Assembly (NCBI GenBank): GCA_041484625.1
Contig: JBGPHY010000001.1
Location: 1-45,292, forward strand
DNA: 45,292 nt
DNA from: Terriglobia bacterium
GTDB lineage: Bacteria > Acidobacteriota > Terriglobia > Versatilivoradales > Versatilivoraceae
Direction: 5' to 3'
This document shows, one piece after another, positions 1-8,393 of the stretch; the stretch's first letter is position 1; the number at the start of each line of letters is the position of its first letter. Below the pieces are notes generated by a model. It was given only the letters and a program-made list of their open reading frames with translations. It did not search any database and had not been told where the DNA came from. A program made the position numbers and the translations under genes.

Positions 1-67
1 AGTCGCAATTCGAATCTGGCCTCTCTTGATGAGGTTCTCCTCAATTGTCAGACAAAACCGGACCTGC

Positions 68-874
68 TCAGCGCCTTGTACTCGGTGGCGTGGTTCTGGC
101 CATCGAGGCTTTCGCCTTGATCCGCAAGCTCGCGGTGGTGAAGTCGTGACCCGCGTCCTCCCGGTCAAGCGCTTTGCGATGAGCTCGATTGGTTTCGGGG
201 GCGAACGGCACTACGCGACTCGGGTCCTTGTCCCACCCTGTCTGTTTGAGCAACAGGGTTGGTGTAAGCACTCCTTCGCCGTTGATTTCCCAGCGAGTCG
301 GTGCAAGCTCGGCAATATTCTTGGTGATGTAGGCATCCACATAAATCTGCAACACATCGAATCGTCCCTCGGGCACTAGAAACAATTCCTCGTGCACCGA
401 TTCATCCTTGGGTTGATACCAAAGTTCGTGGTCAGGAACACGCCCAGCTGCAACGATCTCGGACGATCGAATGCTTGAAAACCTTGATACGCTCTCATCC
501 TGGCGTTCCAGCAGCGGCTGGACGTCGCTGGCAAATTGGGTTACTGGGCGATCCTCTCCGCTGAAACTCACGCCATAAACGTTCCACCAAAGGGCCGGTA
601 CCCAGACCTTGGCGTCGCCGCGGTTGGCAACCACCAGGTGCGCCCGCACCAAAACCATGCCATCGGCACGATCGAGTTCGTCCAGGGTGGCGGTCAGGGT
701 CACGGCTGGAGGCCGCTTGGCAGGGACAATGATGTCCTTATAGATGAACTGATAGACTCCAAACCCTGCGCCGAATATGAGCAGGAAGAGCTGCATGCCC
801 TCCTTGCTCTTCTGGACCCATGTCATCTGGCCTTTCTGTGCCACATCGGCCTCCCCGAACATGTGATTGCGCAT
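68..874 (-). CDS. hypothetical membrane-anchored protein
   Basis: 268-aa ORF with ATG at 872-874 (alternative ATGs at 860-862 and further in). One hydrophobic helix (MQLFLLIFGAGFGVYQFIY) is followed by a beta-rich soluble domain. No family recognised. Opposite-strand ORF 26..379 judged a shadow. Confidence 0.45.
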   Translation of the reverse strand: MRNHMFGEADVAQKGQMTWVQKSKEGMQLFLLIFGAGFGVYQFIYKDIIVPAKRPPAVTLTATLDELDRADGMVLVRAHLVVANRGDAKVWVPALWWNVYGVSFSGEDRPVTQFASDVQPLLERQDESVSRFSSIRSSEIVAAGRVPDHELWYQPKDESVHEELFLVPEGRFDVLQIYVDAYITKNIAELAPTRWEINGEGVLTPTLLLKQTGWDKDPSRVVPFAPETNRAHRKALDREDAGHDFTTASLRIKAKASMARTTPPSTRR

Positions 875-1396
875 GCCCTAAATACATGCCGCGTGGAGCA
901 ATCCCCAATGACGCTGAGATTCAGGGAGCACGCAGACAGTGAATCTGGTGGTCCCTTTCGATCCGCGATACGAGCCACAGCCCTGACTCAGGACCGCTGC
1001 GCACGCATCCAAGCTACCCATGGGCGGAAGCGAAGCAAAGCCGCCGCAGGCGAAATCCGCACGATGGAGTCGACCGCCCGCCTCGTGGCGAGGACGGCCC
1101 AACGGTTCAGCCCGCGGCTCGCGAGGAATACCCACGTAACGAGACACGACGCGGCGAGAACGCCCAATGGGAGTCACGCGTATCGTCCGCACTGCTCGGC
1201 GGCGCAAACTTTGAACTGCCCTGGATAATAATCGTCCTATTTTGCACGTATTATCTTATAAAGCCTCTGCAGGTTCCAAGAACTTTTTATTTGACCGATT
1301 CTTGTGTTAAGGCGCAAAACAGACCACCCCAAGGCTTTGCAGACACCCCCTCAAGTCTTTCTTTGTCACCTACAACCTTTTTGGCCAAGGATTCAG

Positions 1397-3109
1397 CTAC
1401 CTGGAAAGGGCAACAAACCAGACACTTCGGCTCTCATGAAGGCTCTTGCCATAGGAGATCACCAGCACAGAACCATTTCGAACCCGGACTTTAGACTGAA
1501 GGCCCAAATCCCACAACCAGGAGGGAGAGGCAAATCGCCCGGGTTCGTCGTAGGTCTTCCCCCCGTCGAAGAGTGGCCCCAGGGAGATGTCGAACCAGGG
1601 GTGCTGGTAAACTCGTTTGTCGAACCCGCTGTTGAATAATAGAAAACTCGTACCCAGAAAAGCATTCCCTTTTTTCCCCTGGTAGCTGACGGGATGTCCA
1701 CGCAGCTGCAAGTCGTTTTCCCTTTCCATTCCCAACATGAACAGTTCGTCGAAGGGCAGGGATCCAAGGCCCTTTCCTGCCCGGAAAGCCAGGCAAACAT
1801 CCATACTCCTTCGATTCGCCAACGGGGTCTAGTGGGCTACAAGGTCTCCACGCAACCGGGAGTAGGCGAACCCCGCAGACCCGAATTGCCCGGCCACCTC
1901 CGCTCTCGTTGATGATTTAACCTCGAATTGATAGTCGGGACGTGAGATCAGCCGTGACCCTATTCCGGTCTGATATTTCACGAAGTATCTTGAGGTAAAG
2001 AGGCGATCTGAACCGGGAGACTGGGCAGGAGGGTTTTCGTAGCGGCGATGTCCCAGATCAACACCGCTGGACCATTGCCAGTGTTCCGAGGCCAGGTGAT
2101 GAAATTCAAAGCCGCCCTGTTGGGTCCGCAGACGCAGGTCCCCAGCGAGCGGGATCGCCCCCTGATAAATCCGCGACAGGTCCCAGTTTTCCTTGCGCAA
2201 GTCTCCCCAGCCGCGGTAGGTCCAACGAGGATTGTCGTGCCAGACTCCCGAAAGCGAGCTGAAGAAGCGGCGTTTCTGCGCATGCCATCGATAGAGTGAG
2301 AGAGAATTGATGGCCCGTGCCCGGAGATTGTAAGCTTCGAGGTAAATCGTCTGAGCGGGGGTTCCTCTGAAGACGGAGACCAAAGAGTCCAAGAGGCCAT
2401 CACCCAGGCCGTGACGCTCCACAGGGCGAAACACCAGGTCGTACCGGGCGTCCTGCCTTGGCACCAATTCAAAGCGGTAACTGGAGAACACTCCCACTTG
2501 ATCCAGGTTGTCCCGAGTCAGCACAAGGTCTTTGAGGCGCAGTAGGCTGGCCGGTGAGAACTGGAAAGCATGATCCAGAAGTTCGGGCTTAAGACGAGGA
2601 GACGGGTCGATTCGGATCTCCTCGATCAGGGGCTTGTCGACAAAATTCCAGAACTTCAGAGAAGCCTCCAGGTTCCCCTCCAGCAAGAATACCGATCCGA
2701 GAAAATCAAGGGTGTAGGAATCCTGGGGGTCCAGTCGCAAGGCGCGCGACAGTTGATGCCTGGATTCCGAGAGGCTCTTTCTTCTGAACGCCAGGCCAGC
2801 TAGCTCCTGGGGGAACCTCTTGTCTGAGCGTGCCTTCCGAGCCCCGATTTCCAGGAACCGCCTGGCTTCGTCGAAGTCTCCCCGCCTGGCCAGCGCCATG
2901 CCACGAAGGAAATCCAATTCAGCCGGGTTATGGGGAGAGGCCGGTATCAATTCAACCAAGGCATTCCAATCTCCTTTGGCATACAACGACCTTGCGCTCG
3001 TCAGCAATTCATTTCGTTTCTGTTGTGGCCCTGAGACCGGAAGAGCGAGGTCTGGACTCAACAGGATGAGCGCTAGGAGTACATGGAGGTACTTGGCAGA
3101 CTGCCCCAC
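1397..3109 (-). pseudogene. TPR + POTRA-like + Omp85/ShlB-type beta-barrel outer-membrane protein interrupted by one in-frame TAG (1829-1831)
   Basis: ORFs 1829..3109 and 1397..1822 share one reading frame and are separated only by TAG plus two codons. The N-part has a signal peptide (LLALILLSPDLALP) and TPR-like repeats. The C-part has the barrel motif GLGSLPFDELFMLG...LQLRGHP typical of Omp85/ShlB barrels. Confidence 0.7.
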
Positions 3110-3133
3110 ATTCCCTCGCCTATTGCAGGCACG

Positions 3134-3790
3134 TTACGGTGTTATGAGTTCATTCCCTGAGCCAGAAGGTGCCGGAACCGCCAGCAGGGTCCAACGGTTG
3201 GTCTGGGCCCAGTCGCGCTCAAAACCCCTGGCGTTGAGTTTCAGTAACTTGCGTTGAGCGGGATCATTGACCAGAACGACGTCTTCATCGGGCATGATCC
3301 CAGCCACTACCAAGTAGTGCAACCGGGAGTGGTTCCGCTCCGGCTTGATGCAGACAATGAGGGGGCGGCCTTTGCGCAAATGGTGAGCCAGGTCGGAAAG
3401 GCTTGACTGAATGATCCAGGTCCGATAGCCCTGACGGTGCAGGAAGTCTTCCATCTGAGTTCCCTGGATGCCCCGGGCCTTGGGCTTGTGAAGCGCCTTG
3501 GCAATCTCTTGCGGGTCCGATAGGTCGGTAGGAACAGATATGCCCCCGTTTTCTGCCCAATAACGCAGGATCATGGCGATGCAGGCAGCCCCGCAGCCTT
3601 CTCCCTGTTGCCTGACGTAGGGAACATCCAGCCAAGCCCCTCGCGGGACTTCCGGGAAGGAAGCCCCGCCGGTCTGGGGAGGAAGCACCGATGCGGCCGG
3701 GCGAGGCCAAGTGACCAGCAAAAGACCGGCAATCAAGAGGAAAAGAGAGGACCTTCGAATCTGGTTCGAAAGGGGAGAGGCAAGATGCAT
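3134..3790 (-). CDS. secreted C39-like (papain-fold) cysteine peptidase, PA2778-family-like
   Basis: VPYVRQQGEGCGAACIAMILRYW is the catalytic Cys context of C39-like domains, and HYLVVAG...VLVNDP supplies His/Asp. Signal anchor LFLLIAGLLLVTW. ATG at 3788-3790 preferred over the TTG at 3842-3844 used in the ORF track. Confidence 0.7.
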   Translation of the reverse strand: MHLASPLSNQIRRSSLFLLIAGLLLVTWPRPAASVLPPQTGGASFPEVPRGAWLDVPYVRQQGEGCGAACIAMILRYWAENGGISVPTDLSDPQEIAKALHKPKARGIQGTQMEDFLHRQGYRTWIIQSSLSDLAHHLRKGRPLIVCIKPERNHSRLHYLVVAGIMPDEDVVLVNDPAQRKLLKLNARGFERDWAQTNRWTLLAVPAPSGSGNELITP

Positions 3791-3891
3791 GTTTGCAGCG
3801 GAAGGCTGATGTTGATCAACTAACGCAAACTCCCTACCTCCCAAGGGCCAATCATGGCGACATTGGGCACCCTGTGCGCGTGGAGGTTTCC

Positions 3892-4302
3892 CTACCTGGC
3901 AGCCACGATAATCAGAATCAGAGTGGCGGTGGCCAGGGCTATCACAATATAAGTCAGCTGTTCGTTGGTAAGTGCGCCCGCAGTCAGGTCATTTTGGATT
4001 CTCTCCGACTGCAATGCGAGCTTCGCCAGTTCCTCGTCACTGAGTTGGGGAATGGCCCTTTCGATTCTTGCACTCTTCAGCCCCGCAGAGGAGAGGGCTT
4101 TCCGGACAGGTTCCGTGGACAAAAATTTCTGTACCTTCGCCTGGTTGTTCTGCCGGGCACTCGAAGCTGCGGACACGGCCGCCTCCAGATCCCTCCGGGT
4201 GAGCAGATGATCCTCAGCCTTTAAGGCCTGCACCGGGACCAACTCTAGAACCAGTGCCAGAAGCAGTACGAACCCTGGCATTTTCTTCATACTTCCCTTC
4301 AT
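3892..4302 (-). CDS. small exported, C-terminally membrane-tethered protein, PA2779-family-like
   Basis: ATG 4300-4302 is preceded by AGGAGG at 5-nt spacing. Signal peptide MKKMPGFVLLLALVLELVPVQA, helical region with LSDEELAKLA, and C-terminal TM helix YIVIALATATLILIIVAA. Family name recalled from memory, not verified. Confidence 0.5.
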   Translation of the reverse strand: MKGSMKKMPGFVLLLALVLELVPVQALKAEDHLLTRRDLEAAVSAASSARQNNQAKVQKFLSTEPVRKALSSAGLKSARIERAIPQLSDEELAKLALQSERIQNDLTAGALTNEQLTYIVIALATATLILIIVAAR

Positions 4303-4371
4303 GAACACCTCCTGGGAATGGCACACTCAACCTTCGAACTCCGCGCTGAAAAAAGTCGAGATCCACTCAGA

Positions 4372-4704
4372 TCAGATCACATCTCTCTCACCAGTCCGGA
4401 TGTTATATCCCTGCTCAACAGGGAGCACAAAGATCCTGCCGTCGCCGATTTCTCCTGTGCGGGCCGTGTCCATTAAAACCTTGATGACCTCATCCACCAG
4501 GTTGTCCGGAAGGACCATTTCAATCATCATCTTGGGTAACAGTGTGACGCTATACTCTCGGCCTCGATAGATGGCCTTATGCCCTTTCTGCCGCCCGTGG
4601 CCGCGGACTTCGGAGACCGTCATCCCGGCGATATTGAGCTTTTCCAGAGCCTCGCGAACCTCCTCCAGTTTGTTGGGCCGGATGATGCATTTCACCAGTT
4701 TCAT
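4372..4704 (-). CDS. glnB: nitrogen regulatory protein P-II
   Basis: 110 aa, MKLVKCIIRPNKLEEVREAL... T-loop GHGRQKGHKAIYRGREY retains the Tyr51 uridylylation position. C-terminal IGDGRIFV motif. Confidence 0.95.
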   Translation of the reverse strand: MKLVKCIIRPNKLEEVREALEKLNIAGMTVSEVRGHGRQKGHKAIYRGREYSVTLLPKMMIEMVLPDNLVDEVIKVLMDTARTGEIGDGRIFVLPVEQGYNIRTGERDVI

Positions 4705-4748
4705 GGCACTCCTCTTTCCTCAAATGATCAAGTCAGGATCATGGCTCA

Positions 4749-7379
4749 TCACGCTGCTGCAGGACGGTCCAACCGATCTTTCAACATCGCCGCCAGCGTC
4801 CGTTGGATTTCGGTCGGAAGTTTTCTGCCCTCTTGCGTCAAGTAGAACACATCAATGGCTTTGTAGCCCTCCGTGGAGATCAAAGCGACCTCGATATTGC
4901 ACTCGTTCTGAGAGAGGGTACTGGCAATAGCATACAACAACCCGAAACGATCCTTAGTGACGACCTCCATTATGGTATATTTCTCCGAGGATTGATCATC
5001 AAAATTAATGAAGGTCGTCACCGGCCCCTTGCGCTTGGGATGATAGAGGATACTGCTTTCCCGTCGTTTGAGCAACTCCGGAAGACTTTGCTGGTCCTGC
5101 AGTACTCTCTCCAGGAGAGTGCGGAAGTTTTCGATCTCGCTCTTGTTCAGCTTGAAAGTCTGGAAGCTGTCTTCAAATTCAATGATATCTAAAACGGTAC
5201 CCCGGCTGTTGGCAAATGCCTGACCCCGCACGATGTTCATTCCGAAATAGGAGAGCACCCCGGTGAGCTTGGCGAACAGGAAAGGCCGGTCGAAAGCCAT
5301 AATGCTCAACTCGTAGTTGGCTTTGTTCTTGGCAAGCTTCATGGCCAAATCTTCAACGGACCGGACTTTCCGGGAGAGACGGTAGTGCTCAGCGATCTTC
5401 TGCTTGGGAGTGAAGCGGAGATAGCGCCGTGGAAAACCGTCCAGAAATTCCTGGATTTCGGCCTGCAGGGGACCTTCCAGTACGTAGTGAGAAACCTCTT
5501 CCACCACTCCCCCATTGTGCTGGGTCTGCCAGCGGTCATCGGCAAAATTGTGAGTCAGTTGGGCATCGGTTTCCACGTAGAGCTGCCAGAGCAGGTCCTC
5601 TTTCCAGGGGCTGAGTGCCTCCGGGCTGACCGCCTTGATGTCGGCATAGGTTACCAAACAGAGCAACTTCAAGTTCTCCTGAGTGCCGGCGACCTCGGCA
5701 AAGCGCCTAACCACCGTGTCATCGGTGATATCGCGGCGCTGGAAGGCATTGGACATCTCCAGATGGTTCTGGATCAGGAAGCGAACCACTCCGAGGTCCT
5801 CCTCCGGCAGTTGAATCCTTCGCGCCACCCGGCTCACAGCAGCCAAACTCTTTGGTACATGCCTGCCTCCCATTGCCTTGCCCACATCATGGAACAGCAT
5901 AGCAAACATCAACAGGTCGGGGCGGCTGAGGTTTTTTAGCACTTCACCATAACGCCGCTCCCGGGGTTTACGGGAGTGATAGAGGGCCTCCAGGTTTTTG
6001 ATGGTGAGCAGCGAATGCTCGTCTACGGTGTACTTATGGAAGAAGTCCTGCTCCACATGACACCGGATGCGGTCGAACTCGGGGAAGATCTGGCCTAGCA
6101 ACCCGATGTCGTGCATCAGGTACAAGACTCGGTAAACCTGGTGCTGCTGGCGAAGCAGTCGCAAAAAGAGGTCGCGGACTTCCTGCGATGACCTGACCTG
6201 GTCCGTGATCAGGTTGAGGTTCTTCTTGACAAGATCGAGGGCACTTTCGCTGATCGGGATCTGGTACTTGGCGGAGCGGTAAAACAGCTTCAGCATGTTG
6301 GCCGGATTCTGCCGGATGACGTCCTCATCCGGGAACTCCAGAGCTCCCCGGCGCACCGCTGTGGTGGTCCAGACAGTCGACTTGAAAGATCGTGCAATCT
6401 TGCGCGAAGGAGGAAAGGCCCGCCGGGTCATCGACTCGCAGAAGCTCTGGATGACCTTGGCGCGCAGGAAGTAGTCCCGCATCAGGGCTTCCACCGTTTC
6501 CCGCAAGTTCTTGCCTTCGTAGCCGTAATGGCGGGCGATCTCCTCCTGGTACTCGTGAGTCAGTGTGTTCCGGTTGCGACCGCTCAGGAAATGCAAGTAG
6601 GTACGCAGGGAGAGAAGGAACTGGCGGGCTTCCCTCAACCGTCGCAATTCCTCGGGACTGAGAAGCTCTCGCTGCCGGTACTCCTTTTCCGTTTCGATTC
6701 CACAGAGAATCCGCGCAATCCAACGCGCAGTATGAAGGTCTCTCAATCCTCCCGGGGCTTCCTTGATGTCGGGTTCCAGCTGATAGATGGTCTCATTAAA
6801 ACGCTTGTGGCGATCCTCATTGGAAGCCAGTAGGGCCTTGAGGAATTCACGGCGGTGCCTGGTCAGGAGGCGCTGCAAATCCGAGCTCTTGAACTGCGCA
6901 AAAAGCTTGGGGTCACCGACCAGCAACCGGATGTCAAGCAGGGCCGTCGCTGTCTCCAGGTTGGAAGGGCTGAATGTCAGTTCCTTGGCCTGAAGCACCT
7001 GGTGACCGACATTGAGGCCAAGATCCCAAAGGGGATGCAACAAGCGCTTCAGGAATTCCTCATCTTCGAATTCCAGAGGACGATTGAATAGCAGGACCAG
7101 ATCCAAGTCGGAATACGGGTGAAGTTCGCGTCGTCCCAGCCCGCCGGTGGCCAGGATGGCGATCCCCTTTCCGTTTCCGGACTGGAGCGCACAGGCCTTT
7201 TGATAGGCTCCTTCAATGACTCGCTCCATCAGCGCGGAGATTGCACGGGTGGCATCGGCACTGCGAGGATTGGCGCAGAATTCCTCTTTGATCTTGCCCA
7301 ATTGTTGCTGCAGGCTCTCTCTGGTCATGGGGCATTGAAAATCCCGCTTATTTTTAGCCAACTCGGCAGGAGAAAGCAA
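4749..7379 (-). CDS. glnD: bifunctional [protein-PII] uridylyltransferase / uridylyl-removing enzyme
   Basis: Nucleotidyltransferase motif GGLGRRELHPYSDLDLVLL, HD domain (LFHDVGKAMGGRHV), two C-terminal ACT-like segments. Sits directly upstream of glnB. Start is either the TTG at 7379 or the ATG at 7326-7328. Confidence 0.93.
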   Translation of the reverse strand: MLSPAELAKNKRDFQCPMTRESLQQQLGKIKEEFCANPRSADATRAISALMERVIEGAYQKACALQSGNGKGIAILATGGLGRRELHPYSDLDLVLLFNRPLEFEDEEFLKRLLHPLWDLGLNVGHQVLQAKELTFSPSNLETATALLDIRLLVGDPKLFAQFKSSDLQRLLTRHRREFLKALLASNEDRHKRFNETIYQLEPDIKEAPGGLRDLHTARWIARILCGIETEKEYRQRELLSPEELRRLREARQFLLSLRTYLHFLSGRNRNTLTHEYQEEIARHYGYEGKNLRETVEALMRDYFLRAKVIQSFCESMTRRAFPPSRKIARSFKSTVWTTTAVRRGALEFPDEDVIRQNPANMLKLFYRSAKYQIPISESALDLVKKNLNLITDQVRSSQEVRDLFLRLLRQQHQVYRVLYLMHDIGLLGQIFPEFDRIRCHVEQDFFHKYTVDEHSLLTIKNLEALYHSRKPRERRYGEVLKNLSRPDLLMFAMLFHDVGKAMGGRHVPKSLAAVSRVARRIQLPEEDLGVVRFLIQNHLEMSNAFQRRDITDDTVVRRFAEVAGTQENLKLLCLVTYADIKAVSPEALSPWKEDLLWQLYVETDAQLTHNFADDRWQTQHNGGVVEEVSHYVLEGPLQAEIQEFLDGFPRRYLRFTPKQKIAEHYRLSRKVRSVEDLAMKLAKNKANYELSIMAFDRPFLFAKLTGVLSYFGMNIVRGQAFANSRGTVLDIIEFEDSFQTFKLNKSEIENFRTLLERVLQDQQSLPELLKRRESSILYHPKRKGPVTTFINFDDQSSEKYTIMEVVTKDRFGLLYAIASTLSQNECNIEVALISTEGYKAIDVFYLTQEGRKLPTEIQRTLAAMLKDRLDRPAAA

Positions 7380-7385
7380 ACGGAA

Positions 7386-8378
7386 TCACCTCTTCAGCAG
7401 AATGCGGCCGGAATAGGTGAGGTGTGCGGAAGGCCCAGCTCCGTCGGGGTTCTCCGCCACGTGGACCCGTATTTTCAGTACGTCTCTTCTGTTTTGAGGA
7501 ACAGTCAAGTTCAACACGTAAAAGCCGCTTGCCCAGCGGAAGGCTTCCTGGATCATGGTTGCGATGTCAATACCTGCCTTGGAGAGGAGCAACTGCCCCT
7601 CCACTGATTCGGCCAGCTGTTTCAGTCCATTCTGGTAAGCTCGATTCAGGGGATCCTGGGCCGGGTCAATGTGAACCACAAAGATCGGAGCTTGATAGCC
7701 AGCCATCTGGGAGACCATGTGGGAGATTTTCTCCTGAAGGGCCCGTCCTGCGAAACGGCGGCTTAAATCGCGGCTGTCACTGTAATTCACAGGGGGATTC
7801 AAATAATCCTGCCGGTAGTTGCCGATGTCACTGTCCGTGACAAAAATGACCGCCACCCGGGCCCGAGACCGTTGCAGGACTCCGTTGCTGAATTCGGCAA
7901 TGCTCAAGATTGTTTCCAGCAGGCCAGCCTTTCCAATCTGGCTGAAGGTGTCCAGCTTCTGCAATAGGGTTTTCCGGTCGGGCGTGGGGTCTTGCAGAAC
8001 TGCAATCTGTTCGCGAGCTGAGATCAATCCCACCCGGTAGTGAGATCCAAGCCTCCTCACTTCCAGCTTCAGTGCCGCCCTCGCGTGGTCGATATTGGCA
8101 ATGTCTCCCACGGTATCCAGAGCGACAAACAACAAGGTCGGGGTCTCGGGACTGTCCACGCCGGAGACCTCCAGGGAAGTGTCGCCGTCATACACCCGGA
8201 AATCGCTGGCTGCAAGGCCACGCTGAAATTCTCCGGAGCTGTCTCGCACCCAAATCGGGATCCGCAACTGTTGAGGGCGACCGCTGGAGGGCGATTTCTC
8301 GTTCCGAGAAGGAAATGCAGCGAGCAGGCCCAGGGTAAGGACGATGGTCAGAATGGTCGGAAGGTTGATCTTGCCCAA
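7386..8378 (-). CDS. VWFA-related (acidobacterial-type) domain protein, exported
   Basis: N-terminal signal anchor followed by the pattern DFRVYDGD..LEV...TLLFVALDTVGD typical of the VWFA-related acidobacterial domain family. Apparent TTG start. Confidence 0.7.
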   Translation of the reverse strand: MGKINLPTILTIVLTLGLLAAFPSRNEKSPSSGRPQQLRIPIWVRDSSGEFQRGLAASDFRVYDGDTSLEVSGVDSPETPTLLFVALDTVGDIANIDHARAALKLEVRRLGSHYRVGLISAREQIAVLQDPTPDRKTLLQKLDTFSQIGKAGLLETILSIAEFSNGVLQRSRARVAVIFVTDSDIGNYRQDYLNPPVNYSDSRDLSRRFAGRALQEKISHMVSQMAGYQAPIFVVHIDPAQDPLNRAYQNGLKQLAESVEGQLLLSKAGIDIATMIQEAFRWASGFYVLNLTVPQNRRDVLKIRVHVAENPDGAGPSAHLTYSGRILLKR

Positions 8379-8393
8379 CGGAACCGATCCTAG

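Noticed and set aside
905-960. TPP-riboswitch-like CTGAGA plus GAATCTGGTGG elements on the plus strand
   Set aside because: The resemblance is only partial, there is no plus-strand gene downstream to regulate, and the pyrimidine-sensing helix consensus is not matched.
878-1228. ORFs 878..1207 (minus) and the tail of 536..1228 (plus) as protein genes
   Set aside because: Both are Arg/Ala/Pro-rich, both are open simultaneously in a GC-rich stretch, and neither has a motif or plausible RBS. The region is treated as non-coding (see the finding at 875-1290).
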